The translations under genes were made by a program, and so were the position numbers. 64,000 nt of DNA from Candidatus Eiseniibacteriota bacterium (lineage in GTDB: Bacteria > Eisenbacteria > RBG-16-71-46 > CAZAMP01), in NCBI GenBank assembly GCA_965224245.1, contig OZ245046.1, positions 1,568,001 to 1,632,000 of the forward strand, in the 5' to 3' direction. A model generated the notes under the pieces. The model made no database searches, was not told the origin of the DNA, and saw nothing but the letters and a program-made list of their open reading frames with translations. Numbering within the stretch: the first letter of the stretch is position 1; each line of letters opens with the position of its first letter. Positions 9,041 through 18,416 of the stretch are shown piece after piece.

Positions 9041-9832
9041 ATGCCGCTGAGCGCGCTCGAGGTCCGCGAGGCGGTCGAGGACGGGCTGGCCGTGCTGGCG
9101 GCCGGTCATCCGATCACCGACACGTGGTCCGACGTCCTGGAGCTGGAGTCGGCGTTCGCGGCGCTCGGCATCACCGTGCTGCTGGAGGATCTCGACGTCG
9201 CCCGCTTCCGGCGACACCTCTGTCAGGCGGCGCAGGCCCGATGCTTCTTTCTCGAGCGCGCGAACCGGGCGCCGGAGACGATTCTCGGCGAGGCGATCAG
9301 CCGGAGCGAGGCGGTCCTGGCCGCCCTGGCCGCCGGGAGCTGGACGCTGGCCCGGCGGATCGAGTCGCTGTCCCGGGCTGACTGGTTCCCGGACGCCGAG
9401 TACGAGGAGGACTTCGCGTTCACCGCGGCGGTGCACGCGCTCGTGGAAGCGCATGGCCGGGTGGACGCGGCCGTCCTGACCCCGGTCCTCGAGCGGATCG
9501 CGGCGGCCGTGGACGGAGCGGAGTATGCCCGGCTGGCCGTCCTGGAGAGCCTCGTGTCCGGCGATCCCGGTGCGTTCGAACGGGCCCTCGAAGATCGCAT
9601 CGAAGAGCGTCGTGCGACGTTCGACATCGCGTATCCTGAGGGCCGCAGCCGGATCTTCGACGCACACCGTTGCGTGTTCGTCGAGGGACTTGCGCTCATC
9701 GAGCTGGCAAGGGTGCGCGGATACGATCTCGAGCCCGAGCACGCGTTGTGTCCCTCGATGGGGCGCGCCTCCGGCGAGCCCGAGCCACCGGAAGACCTGT
9801 TCGAGGATCTCGCCAGACAGTTCGGCGTCTAG
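9041..9832 (+). CDS. Imm49-like immunity protein
   Basis: Helical protein with 'W.LARRI..LS...W....EYEEDF' and 'VFVEGLAL..LA..RG'. Confidence 0.6.
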   Translation: MPLSALEVREAVEDGLAVLAAGHPITDTWSDVLELESAFAALGITVLLEDLDVARFRRHLCQAAQARCFFLERANRAPETILGEAISRSEAVLAALAAGSWTLARRIESLSRADWFPDAEYEEDFAFTAAVHALVEAHGRVDAAVLTPVLERIAAAVDGAEYARLAVLESLVSGDPGAFERALEDRIEERRATFDIAYPEGRSRIFDAHRCVFVEGLALIELARVRGYDLEPEHALCPSMGRASGEPEPPEDLFEDLARQFGV

Positions 9833-9851
9833 CCTCAACCCGAGGACCTCC

Positions 9852-11390
9852 ATGAACGGCGGCAGCTGGATTCAGATCGGCGGTCACGACCGCCTGGCGC
9901 ACACGGCTCCGGCGGCGCGGGAGCGGACCGAGCGCTCGCGCTTCCGCGTGCTCGTGATCGGCGAGTTCGGGGGGGAGTCCAAAGACGCCGGCGCGCTCGG
10001 CGAGCGCCGCCCCGTGCGCGTGGATCGCGACACGCTCGACGAGTGCTTCGCCCGCATCGCACCGAGCGTCGTGGTCCCCGCGTCGGCCTCGGGGGAGTCG
10101 ACGTCACTCGCGCTCTCGGACCTGGACGACCTCGAGCCCGATGCATGGGTGGAGACGCTACCGCTCACGCGCGACCTTCTGGATCTGCGCCGCCGGGTCG
10201 GGTCCACCTCGGGGCCGGTGTCGTCGGCCGCGCTCGACGAGGCACGGGCGCTCCTGGGTCGGCGAGCTCCCGAGCCGCCGCGTTCGGGCGAAGCGGAGGG
10301 CTCCACCGGCGCCGCTCCGGTCACCGAGTCCTCCACCGGCGACGCCGGTGGAGAGTCGCTTCTGGACCAGGCCGTGCGCGCCACCGACGTCGACGCGGGC
10401 CGACCGGACGATCTCCTCCGACGGCTCGTGCGCGAGGTGACCGCGCCGTACGACACCGATGCGCCCGCGGCCGACGAGGCCGACATCCGCGCGGCACTCG
10501 ACCGGCTGATCGGCGAGGCGCTGGGGGCCGTCCTGCATCGGCCCGAGGTCCGGACGCTGGAGTCGAGCTGGCGGGCGCTCCGCTGGCTCGTGCTGGGCCT
10601 CGAGTCCGATCGCGACGTCGAGGTGCGCATGGTGGACGCGCGTGCCGAGGAGCTGCGCCGCGACGCGACGGACGCGGAGTCGCTGGAGACCATGGAATCC
10701 TATCGCGCGTGGCTGGACCCGGCCTCCGGCGGCGCCGACCCGTTCACGCTCCTCGTGACCACGTTCGAGCTCGGCCCGTCGGCGGAGGACGCGACGCTCG
10801 CGTTCGTCGTGGCCAGCCTCGCCCGATCGATCGGGGCGCTCGCGCTGGCCACGTGTACGCCCGGCTTCTTCGGCGCCGAGACCGCGCCCGGGCTGGCCTC
10901 ACCCGACGAGTGGACCGCCTCTCCCAGGGATCCCGCGTGGGATGCTCTCCGGTCGCATCCGGTGTCGGCCCATCTCGCACTGGTTGCGCCGCGCATTCTC
11001 TGGCGCGTGCCGTTCGGATCGGCGACACGCCCCGTCGAGGCATTCCCGTTCGAGGAGCTCGCCGAGGGAGCGGGCCTGGATCGGCTTCTCTGGGGGGCGT
11101 CGGCGTTTCTGCCGGCGCTCGTGATGGCGAACGCGCACGCCACCGGGGTCTCCGGCGCCGCATCCCGGCGCGCGACGCTCACGGGGCTTCCGTACTTCGT
11201 GCACACGTCCCCCGACGGGGAGCGCGAGGCCGTGCCCGTGACCGAGGTGGCGCTGCCGGTCTTCGCCGCGCGCCGGATGGAGGAGTCCGGCGTCACCCCG
11301 ATCCTGATCGTACGCAACACCGATGGGGTCGAGATCGGTCCGATCCGGTCGTTCTCGAAGAGCGGCGAGCTGGCAGCGGGGCTCTCGTGA
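9852..11390 (+). CDS. Sheath-related protein: TssB-like N-terminus fused to a TssC-like domain
   Basis: FRVLVIGEFGG...PVRVDRDTLDECFARIAP...DLDDLEPD (TssB-like), then LDRLIGE.L.AVLH.PE.RTLESSWRAL.WLV, W.ALR......HLAL.APR.L.R.PFG (TssC-like); GAGG RBS. Confidence 0.75.
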   Translation: MNGGSWIQIGGHDRLAHTAPAARERTERSRFRVLVIGEFGGESKDAGALGERRPVRVDRDTLDECFARIAPSVVVPASASGESTSLALSDLDDLEPDAWVETLPLTRDLLDLRRRVGSTSGPVSSAALDEARALLGRRAPEPPRSGEAEGSTGAAPVTESSTGDAGGESLLDQAVRATDVDAGRPDDLLRRLVREVTAPYDTDAPAADEADIRAALDRLIGEALGAVLHRPEVRTLESSWRALRWLVLGLESDRDVEVRMVDARAEELRRDATDAESLETMESYRAWLDPASGGADPFTLLVTTFELGPSAEDATLAFVVASLARSIGALALATCTPGFFGAETAPGLASPDEWTASPRDPAWDALRSHPVSAHLALVAPRILWRVPFGSATRPVEAFPFEELAEGAGLDRLLWGASAFLPALVMANAHATGVSGAASRRATLTGLPYFVHTSPDGEREAVPVTEVALPVFAARRMEESGVTPILIVRNTDGVEIGPIRSFSKSGELAAGLS

Positions 11391-13816
11391 GCGGCACCGA
11401 CGATCGCACGCCCGCCGGATTCCGCGGCGTCTCCCGCGCGCTGTTTCCGGGAACGGTGGTGTTCGATCGGTACCGGCTGGTGCGCCCGCTGGGCCGCGGC
11501 GGCTTCAGCATCGTCTGGCTCGCACACGACCTCCAGCTCGAGATGGACATCGCGCTGAAGTTCCTGTCGGACGACATCGTCGCCAACCCCGAGGCGCTCT
11601 TCGATCTGAAGCGCGAGACGAAGATGTGCCTGTCGCTGACCCATGCGAACATCGTGCGCATCCATGGCTTCTTCGAGTCGCCAGACCTGGCCGCCATCGC
11701 GATGGAGTACGTGGACGGCGGGACGATGTCGTCGTTGAAGATTCGCCAGCCCTCACGGTGCTTCGAGCCCGAGGTCCTCAGCCCGTATCTGCCGCCGGTC
11801 GCGAGCGCACTCACCTACGCGCACGAACGGGTGCGGGTGGTGCATCGCGATCTGAAGCCGGGGAACCTGATGGTGGACCGGCGCGGAGACATCCGGATCG
11901 CCGACTTCGGAATCTCGCGGAGCATCAGCGACACCCAGACCCGGCTCTCGCGGCAGGCCTCCAGCTCGGGAACGCCCGCGTACATGGGGCCGCAGCAGAT
12001 GATGGGACAGCCGGCCAGCGTGCTCGACGACGTCTACTCGCTCGGCGCCACGCTCTTCGATCTGGTGGCGGGGAAGCCCCCGTTCTACACCGGTGCGGTC
12101 TCCGAGCAGGTGCTGAACGTGCCGCCACCGACCCTGGCAGCGCGGCGCCGTGAGCTGGGGCTCGAGGGTGCGCCCATCCCGCCGGCCTGGGAGGAGACGG
12201 TCGCCGCCTGCCTGGCCAAGAAGCCCCAGGATCGACCGTCCTCGATCAACGCGGTCCTCATGGGGCTCGGGCTGGTACCGGCCGACCCGGACCTCGCGAG
12301 TGCACCGCCGGCGGACGCGACACGACTGGTCTCCACGCCGCGCCCCAGAACCCCGAGTGCCGACGTCCCGCCCGCCGAGGAGGACGCCACGCAGACCGGC
12401 TCGGGCCCGTCGGCGTCGGGGCGGGTCGACGCGGCGGGAGCGACCGCGCCGACCGACGTGCCGGGGTCGGCCGACCCCACAGACGATCCCGCGAGCGCCG
12501 ACCCCGGAGTCGTCACGGGGGAGGAGGACGCCGCCCCGACCGGCTCGCGACCGGCCCCGCCGGCCGCCTCACGGCCGGACGAGGCACCGGCCGCATCCTC
12601 GAGCACCGCTCCACCACCGGCGGCCTCGACGCGCCCGCGCTCCACCGGCGTCGGGGTCTCCGGGACGCGGGGAGGCCGTCCGCGCTGGCTGATACCCGTC
12701 GTACTGATCGTGGTCGTGGTCGGTGCGCTGGCCACCGCGGTCGCCCTTCGAGGGGGTGGCGACGCCCCGACGGCACGGGATGACGGGACGGACCCCGGCT
12801 CGGTGGCGAGCGGCGTGACCGGGGGCGGAGAGGCCCCATCCGGCTCGGAGCTCGCGTCGACCGAAACGGACGGAAACGCGGGCGTGGACGGTTCCGGCTT
12901 GACGCCCGAGGACACCGCGGAGCTCGATCGGCTTCTGAGAGCGGGCGCGTGGTGGGATGCGCGCAATCGACTCCAGGCGCTGGCCGGCGAGGCTCGAGAT
13001 CCCGATCAGGTCGCACAGTGGGAGCGGCGCGTCGACGAGGCGCGCGAGTCGGACCTGACCGACCGGCGGCGCGCCATCGAGTCGGCGATCGCCGCGGGCA
13101 ACCTGGACGACGCCATGGCGGACATCGCCGACGCCGAGCGGATCGTCCAGCCCGGAGACCTGCCGCTCGCGACGTGGCGCTCCCGGGTGGACTCGACGCG
13201 CACCGCGGACGCGGCCCGGCGTCGCCTCGAGGACGGCATACCCGGTCTCCTGGCCGCTCGCGAGTGGGAATCCGCCGAGCGTGACATCGATCGATACGTC
13301 GGCTCCGGAGGAGACGTCGCGCGCGCGGAGACCTGGCGACGCGCGATCCGCACCGGACGCGAAGCCGACCGCCGCGCCGAGGAGGCCGCGGCGAAGGCCG
13401 AGCGGGAGCGTGACTCGCTCCTGGCACACGAGGCCGCACCCCCGGGGCCTCCGCCGCCCGATGCGCAGGTCGTCGACGAGCCGTCGCCGACCGAACGGAT
13501 CGAGGCGCTCTTGTCGGCGTACGAGCGTGCCAAGGAGACGCTCGACGTCGAGAGCTTCGTCGCGCTGTGGCGAGCGCCACCGGCGTCGCTCGCCGATCAG
13601 CTGCGCCGGGCCTACCGGGAGTATCGCAGCCAGCGCGTGGAGCTGAACGTGAAGTCGATCGCCGTGGCGGCGGACGGTCAAAGTGCCCGGGTGCGATTCC
13701 ACGAGGTGGACGACATCTCGCTGGCCGCCGGCTCGGTCGATCCCGTCTCGCGCGATCTCGAGATGCACGTCGTCTTGACCCCCGAGGGCGACTGGAAGAT
13801 TTCGTCGATCGAGTAG
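11387..13816 (+). CDS. Membrane Ser/Thr protein kinase (PpkA-like position) with Pro/Ala linker, TM helix and extracytoplasmic C-terminal domain
   Basis: GTGA overlap; LGRGGF, ALK, HRDLKPGN, DFG, GTPAYM; TM WLIPVVLIVVVVGALATAVAL; C-terminus resembles NTF2/SnoaL (ends WKISSIE). Confidence 0.9.
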   Translation: MSGTDDRTPAGFRGVSRALFPGTVVFDRYRLVRPLGRGGFSIVWLAHDLQLEMDIALKFLSDDIVANPEALFDLKRETKMCLSLTHANIVRIHGFFESPDLAAIAMEYVDGGTMSSLKIRQPSRCFEPEVLSPYLPPVASALTYAHERVRVVHRDLKPGNLMVDRRGDIRIADFGISRSISDTQTRLSRQASSSGTPAYMGPQQMMGQPASVLDDVYSLGATLFDLVAGKPPFYTGAVSEQVLNVPPPTLAARRRELGLEGAPIPPAWEETVAACLAKKPQDRPSSINAVLMGLGLVPADPDLASAPPADATRLVSTPRPRTPSADVPPAEEDATQTGSGPSASGRVDAAGATAPTDVPGSADPTDDPASADPGVVTGEEDAAPTGSRPAPPAASRPDEAPAASSSTAPPPAASTRPRSTGVGVSGTRGGRPRWLIPVVLIVVVVGALATAVALRGGGDAPTARDDGTDPGSVASGVTGGGEAPSGSELASTETDGNAGVDGSGLTPEDTAELDRLLRAGAWWDARNRLQALAGEARDPDQVAQWERRVDEARESDLTDRRRAIESAIAAGNLDDAMADIADAERIVQPGDLPLATWRSRVDSTRTADAARRRLEDGIPGLLAAREWESAERDIDRYVGSGGDVARAETWRRAIRTGREADRRAEEAAAKAERERDSLLAHEAAPPGPPPPDAQVVDEPSPTERIEALLSAYERAKETLDVESFVALWRAPPASLADQLRRAYREYRSQRVELNVKSIAVAADGQSARVRFHEVDDISLAAGSVDPVSRDLEMHVVLTPEGDWKISSIE

Positions 13817-13853
13817 CACCGTAACCCGTCTCGAAAGAGGAGCCCGACCCAAC

Positions 13854-15185
13854 ATGACGTTCACTCGCCCATTCGTCAGCGGCGTGCTCGGATGCGTCGC
13901 CGGTCTCGCTGCGACCGGGATCGCAACCAGTGCGTCCGCGCAGAGCCTCAACCTGCGCGACCTGATGACCGACCTCCTGCGCGCGGGGATCACGCTCGCT
14001 CCGCCGGAGGCCGGCCAGGATCACTCCGCGCACTTCAACGGCGAGAGCACGCGGCAGTTCACGGCGATCCGCGAGCTGCAGAACGAGATCGCCCGGCAGA
14101 TCTCGTCGTTTCCGGTCAGCTCGTCGGCCGGCGGGTTCGCCTATCGGCTCGATCCGGTGGCGGGCGTCCTGACGCGGCCGACCCGGAGCTTCGGACCGGT
14201 CTACAGCGAGCGGCCGTACACCGTGGGCGAGGGCAAGTACAACGTCGGACTCAGCTACAGCCGCTTCACGTTCGATCGCTTCGACGGACTGAGCCTGCGC
14301 GACGGAGACATGCAGCTTCTGTTCACGCACGAGGACGTGAACGGGGACGGCTCGCCGCTCGAGTCGCCGGTGGAGGGCGACGTGGTCGCCGCCCGCATGT
14401 ACGTCGACATCGACACCGAGGTGACCACGTTCGTGGCCAACTACGGCGTCAACGACCGACTCGACGTCGGAATCGCCATTCCGCTGATCGACGTGAGCCT
14501 CCAGGTGCTGGTCGATGCCGAGGTCGTCCGGCTCTCGACCGCCGATCAGCCGGAGATCCACCAGTTCCCGAACGGGACGGGCGAGGCGGTGTTCTCGACG
14601 ACCGGCAGCGCGTCGGGTGTCGGCGACGTTCTCCTGCGCTCGAAGTACGTGCTGCCGAACACCCGGGGACTTCTCTGGGCCTTCACCGGCGACGTGCGTC
14701 TGCCGACCGGGGAGGAGCGCAATCTGCTCGGCCTCGGCGAGTACCAGGTGAAGGCCACGGTTCTCGCGTCGCTCGACGACGCCGTGTTCGCCCCGCACGG
14801 GTCGCTCGGCTACACGCTGTCGGGGGGGAGCGTGTCGGACGAGCTCCTGTACTCGGCCGGGGTCGACTGGGCGGTCGATCCCAAGCTCACGCTGGCGGCG
14901 GACGTGCTGGGCCGGTCGTTCACCGAGCTCGACGAGGTCACGGTCGGGACGTCGCTCTGGGAGTACAACTCGGCGCTCACCGGCCCGCCGGTCATCGAGA
15001 CGACCGAGGTCACGTCCATGAGCGTCGCGTCCGGCGAGCGCCGGAACACCGCGTCCCTCGCGGTGGGATTCAAGCTCAACGTACACAGTAACTTCCTCGT
15101 GACGGCGAACGGGCTGGTGCCGCTCGTCGAGACGGGCCTTCGAGACGACTTCGCGTCGCTCATCGGTCTCGACTACAGCTTCTAG
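13854..15185 (+). CDS. Putative outer-membrane beta-barrel ('transporter'/MetA-phenol-pathway-like)
   Basis: Signal peptide (..ASA-Q), SGVGDVLLRSKY, LPTGEERNLLG, C-terminal GLDYSF. Confidence 0.65.
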   Translation: MTFTRPFVSGVLGCVAGLAATGIATSASAQSLNLRDLMTDLLRAGITLAPPEAGQDHSAHFNGESTRQFTAIRELQNEIARQISSFPVSSSAGGFAYRLDPVAGVLTRPTRSFGPVYSERPYTVGEGKYNVGLSYSRFTFDRFDGLSLRDGDMQLLFTHEDVNGDGSPLESPVEGDVVAARMYVDIDTEVTTFVANYGVNDRLDVGIAIPLIDVSLQVLVDAEVVRLSTADQPEIHQFPNGTGEAVFSTTGSASGVGDVLLRSKYVLPNTRGLLWAFTGDVRLPTGEERNLLGLGEYQVKATVLASLDDAVFAPHGSLGYTLSGGSVSDELLYSAGVDWAVDPKLTLAADVLGRSFTELDEVTVGTSLWEYNSALTGPPVIETTEVTSMSVASGERRNTASLAVGFKLNVHSNFLVTANGLVPLVETGLRDDFASLIGLDYSF

Positions 15186-15197
15186 GCGGTCACGGCG

Positions 15198-16511
15198 ATG
15201 ACATGGCGACGACAGAGCCCGGGCCCTCTGATCGGTGGCCCGGGGCGCTCGGCCCTGGTGGCGGTCGCGCTCGTGACGGCCGCGCTGGGGTGCGAGAACG
15301 GTGTGCGCATCCAGCGGGGTGACGGGACCGACGGAACCCCGCTCTGCTCGGTGGGCGTCTCGCGTCTCGACTTCGGGACGGTCACGCTGGACGAAACCGA
15401 GACGCGCTCGTTCGCGCTCCGGAACCTCGGCGACGGCGATCTGGCCATGCGGGTGGTGCTCGAGGACTCCACCGGCACGTTCGCGCTGACGCGCGGGGGC
15501 GGAACGTACCTTCTCGGACCCGGGCAGCTGCGCCGGGTGGAGCTCGAGTTCCGGCCCTCCGATCAGACCGAGTACGGGGCGACGCTGGACCTGGGGCTGA
15601 GCTGTGACGACGTGGAGCTGGTCGGCGTCGGCGACTTCGCACCGGCGTGCTCGGTCACGCCGACCACGGTCGCGCTGGGCACGATCCCGGTGGGACGGGT
15701 GACCGAGCTCACGGTCACCCTGGGAAGCACCGGCGGCGGGTTCGTTTCGGGATCGGTGACCGAGTCCTGTGACGCGGTCGCGGTGCTCTCGGGCGGCGCC
15801 TATTCGGTGCCCAGCGGCGAGACCCACGAGGTGCGCGTCGGCGTGGGGCCGTCCGCCGCCGGCGTGATCTCCTGCGAGCTGGACTTCGCCGCCGGCTGCG
15901 CGACGACGACCGTCACCGCGACCGCCGCCGCCGTGGCGGGCTGCGTGGTGTCGGATCCGATCGTCGAGTTCGACGACGTTCTGGCCGGAAGCGGTGCCGG
16001 CGACGAGCGGACGCTGACGATCGAGAACACCGGGTCCACGACCTTCTCCGGGTCGATCTCGCTGGACTGCGTCGGGGGACCGTTCTCGCTCGTGGCCGGT
16101 GCGGGCGCGTTCACGCTGGGTCCGACCCAGTCGCACCCGGTCACCGTCCGCTTCGCGCCGACCGCGGCCGACTGCGGGAACCAGTCGTGTCGAATCCTGA
16201 CCGGCGTCGTCGCCTGCCCGGAGATCCCGATGACGGGCCTCGGACGAGTGACGTTCACCGAGCAGATCACGAGCATCTTCGCGGATCGCGGCTGCTTCAC
16301 CTGTCATGGGGCGGGAGCGCCCACGCGAAACTGGACCGACTACGACCAGGTGCGGGAAAAGCTGAACTTCGCCAATCCGCCGGACAGCCGGATGCTGCTC
16401 CGTGCCGCCGAAGAGAGTCACACCGGCGGTCGCGACGAGTGCTTCGCGCCCGGCGGCGACTGCCAGCGGACGTTCGTGTGCTGGATCCAGGACGACGCGC
16501 CCCGGAACTGA
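15198..16511 (+). CDS. Lipoprotein with three Ig-like (ASH/choice-of-anchor D-like) repeats and a C-terminal c-type heme domain
   Basis: Lipobox ALGC; repeats LDFG.V..(R)SF.L.N.G; C-terminal VTF..QI..IF..GCFTCHG ... WI. Confidence 0.7.
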   Translation: MTWRRQSPGPLIGGPGRSALVAVALVTAALGCENGVRIQRGDGTDGTPLCSVGVSRLDFGTVTLDETETRSFALRNLGDGDLAMRVVLEDSTGTFALTRGGGTYLLGPGQLRRVELEFRPSDQTEYGATLDLGLSCDDVELVGVGDFAPACSVTPTTVALGTIPVGRVTELTVTLGSTGGGFVSGSVTESCDAVAVLSGGAYSVPSGETHEVRVGVGPSAAGVISCELDFAAGCATTTVTATAAAVAGCVVSDPIVEFDDVLAGSGAGDERTLTIENTGSTTFSGSISLDCVGGPFSLVAGAGAFTLGPTQSHPVTVRFAPTAADCGNQSCRILTGVVACPEIPMTGLGRVTFTEQITSIFADRGCFTCHGAGAPTRNWTDYDQVREKLNFANPPDSRMLLRAAEESHTGGRDECFAPGGDCQRTFVCWIQDDAPRN

Positions 16512-16579
16512 TCGGGTCGGTCCTCTGCCGGGTCACGGTCCGGCGCGGGCCGTCCTGGGCCACGTGGGGTCGAGAACGG

Positions 16580-17917
16580 TCAGCGGGTTCGGGGCTCGGC
16601 CCGGCGCGGCAGCTCCAGTCGCTGGCCGGCGAAGATCTCGTGGGGGTTCGAGAGCGCGTTCAGGCGCAGGAGATCGCTCACGGTGATCGAGTACGCCGCG
16701 GCGATGCCCGAGAGCGTGTCGCCGCGCTGGATCCGGTGGTACGTGGGAAGCCGCTGCATGTCGTAGCAGGCCGCGGCCGGCAGGCCGGCCACGAGCGAGT
16801 CGGCGTCCGAGGGGGCGCATCCCGGCACGTGGACCACGAAGCCCTCGGGGATCCAGCGCTCCCCGGCCCAGACGTTGGCCGACAACGACGGATTCGCGGC
16901 CCGGAGCGCCTCCAGCGGCACGCCGGCGTGCTCGGCGAGGGCCTCCGCCTCGACGTAGGCCGGCATGCGGATCCCGGCGCTCACCAGGGCCACGGCGGGG
17001 GCCGCGTCGGGGTAGAATCGCTCCGGCTGGGACATGACCTCGACCACGGCCAGGAACGACGCGTAGAAGTTCCGCGTCGCGAAGCCCATCGGAGACGCGT
17101 CGTACTCGTCGAGCACGGTGGCGAGGTCGTGGCCGTGTCGCTCGACGGCCCGGCGCATGCCGTTGACGCCGTAGTTGTAGGCCGTGAGCGCGAGCGGCCA
17201 GGTCCCGAGGATCTCGTAGGCGGACACGAGATACCGGGCGGCGGCCCGGGTCGACACGATCGGATCGAGCCGCTCGTCGACGACGTCGTCGATCCGCAGG
17301 TACTGCCGGCCCGTCGCCCGGGTGAACTGCCAGAGCCCGCGCGCTCCGGCTCGACTTCCCGCCAGCGGGTCGAAGCCGGACTCGAGGTGGGGCAGCAGCA
17401 CGATCTGGTCGGGAATCCTGAATTCCGCGAACACCTCGCGAATGTGATCGATGTAGAGCGCCGATCGCGAGTGGCTGGCCGCGAAGACCTCCCGGAGGCC
17501 CTGCTGGAGCCGGACGTTCTCGCTCCAGGCGTCGAGCGCGTCAGCATCCAGGGGCGCTGCCGGGGAACGCTCCGCCAGACGGACGGGGAGACCGGCGCGA
17601 AGGCTGTCGGCGGCGGCCCGGCACCAGAGCCGAAAGTCGCGGGCCCGGTCGTCGATCCAGCGCCTGGCCCGCGGAGAGCGCGGCTCCAGCGCGTCGGGAA
17701 TCTGGACGACGGTGAGGATCCGCTCCGGATGGGCGCGATCGTGGACCAGGACGTCGCGCACGGTGTAAGACGTCAGCACGTCGCGCCAGAAGGCGACCCG
17801 GGGCGCGAGCGCCTCGGGGACGGGTAGAGCCTCTCGCTCGACCCACTCCGGCGGCTCGGAGGCCGGCGCGGCCGACACGAGCGCGGCGGCGGCGACCGCG
17901 ATCGCGACGTGACGCAC
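16580..17917 (-). CDS. Lytic transglycosylase (SLT) with C-terminal LysM, MltD-like
   Basis: LPHLESGF, GA.GLWQF, DERLDP, LALTAYNYG, LysM IQRGDTLSGIA...LN.L; GTG start chosen before the signal peptide. Confidence 0.9.
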   Translation of the reverse strand: MRHVAIAVAAAALVSAAPASEPPEWVEREALPVPEALAPRVAFWRDVLTSYTVRDVLVHDRAHPERILTVVQIPDALEPRSPRARRWIDDRARDFRLWCRAAADSLRAGLPVRLAERSPAAPLDADALDAWSENVRLQQGLREVFAASHSRSALYIDHIREVFAEFRIPDQIVLLPHLESGFDPLAGSRAGARGLWQFTRATGRQYLRIDDVVDERLDPIVSTRAAARYLVSAYEILGTWPLALTAYNYGVNGMRRAVERHGHDLATVLDEYDASPMGFATRNFYASFLAVVEVMSQPERFYPDAAPAVALVSAGIRMPAYVEAEALAEHAGVPLEALRAANPSLSANVWAGERWIPEGFVVHVPGCAPSDADSLVAGLPAAACYDMQRLPTYHRIQRGDTLSGIAAAYSITVSDLLRLNALSNPHEIFAGQRLELPRRAEPRTR

Positions 17918-17942
17918 GAGGGGCGGAGCCGCCCGCCCGAGA

Positions 17943-17971
17943 TTGAACTCCCGTCGAGGCCGGGGTATGCT
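17943..17971 (+). promoter_or_regulatory. Sigma70-like promoter of the PTPS-folE operon
   Basis: TTGAAC-N17-TATGCT, 40 nt upstream of the ATG at 18012, which has a GGAGG RBS. Confidence 0.55.
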
Positions 17972-18011
17972 CACTCGCTTCGTTTTCTCCGTTCCCGCAG
18001 GGGAGGTGTTC

Positions 18012-18416
18012 ATGATCACGGTGACACGCCGGATGACGTTCTCGGCCGCGCATCGCCTCTTCAATCCCGAGTTCAGCGACGCCGAGAACGAGCGCGTGTT
18101 CGGCCTGTGCAACAATCCGGCCGGCCACGGGCACAACTACACGCTCGAGGTGACCGTGGCGGGGGAGCCCGATCCGAAGACCGGCATGGTCATCAACCTG
18201 TCCGATCTGAAGGCGATCCTGCAGACCGAGGTCATTTCTAAGGTCGACCACAAGAACCTCAACGTTGACGTCGAATTCATGCAGGGCTGCGTTCCGACGG
18301 CCGAGATGCTCGCGATCCGGATCTGGGACCAGCTGACCGGGAAGCTCCCCTCGGTCGAGCTCCGGGAAGTGACGGTCTACGAGTCCCCTAACAACGTCGC
18401 CTCGCGCACGGCATGA
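18012..18416 (+). CDS. 6-pyruvoyl-tetrahydropterin synthase (PTPS-II, animal-like)
   Basis: FSAAHRL...[11 protein letters not shown]...DP.TGMV.NL..LK...DHKNLN.DV; CX5HGH motif. Confidence 0.9.
   Translation: MITVTRRMTFSAAHRLFNPEFSDAENERVFGLCNNPAGHGHNYTLEVTVAGEPDPKTGMVINLSDLKAILQTEVISKVDHKNLNVDVEFMQGCVPTAEMLAIRIWDQLTGKLPSVELREVTVYESPNNVASRTA

Noticed and set aside
10043-11386. Apparent 448-aa N-terminal extension of the kinase ORF
   Set aside because: Overlaps the sheath-like gene in another frame; the likely start is GTG 11387 (GTGA coupling)
12513-16421. 1302-aa minus-strand ORF and many similar long overlapping ORFs
   Set aside because: Shadow frames of genuine + strand genes in high-GC DNA; Arg/Pro/Gly-rich with no motifs
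18012-18416. queD of queuosine or 7-deazaguanine DNA modification
   Set aside because: CX5HGH PTPS-II motif and no queC/queE/dpd genes nearby
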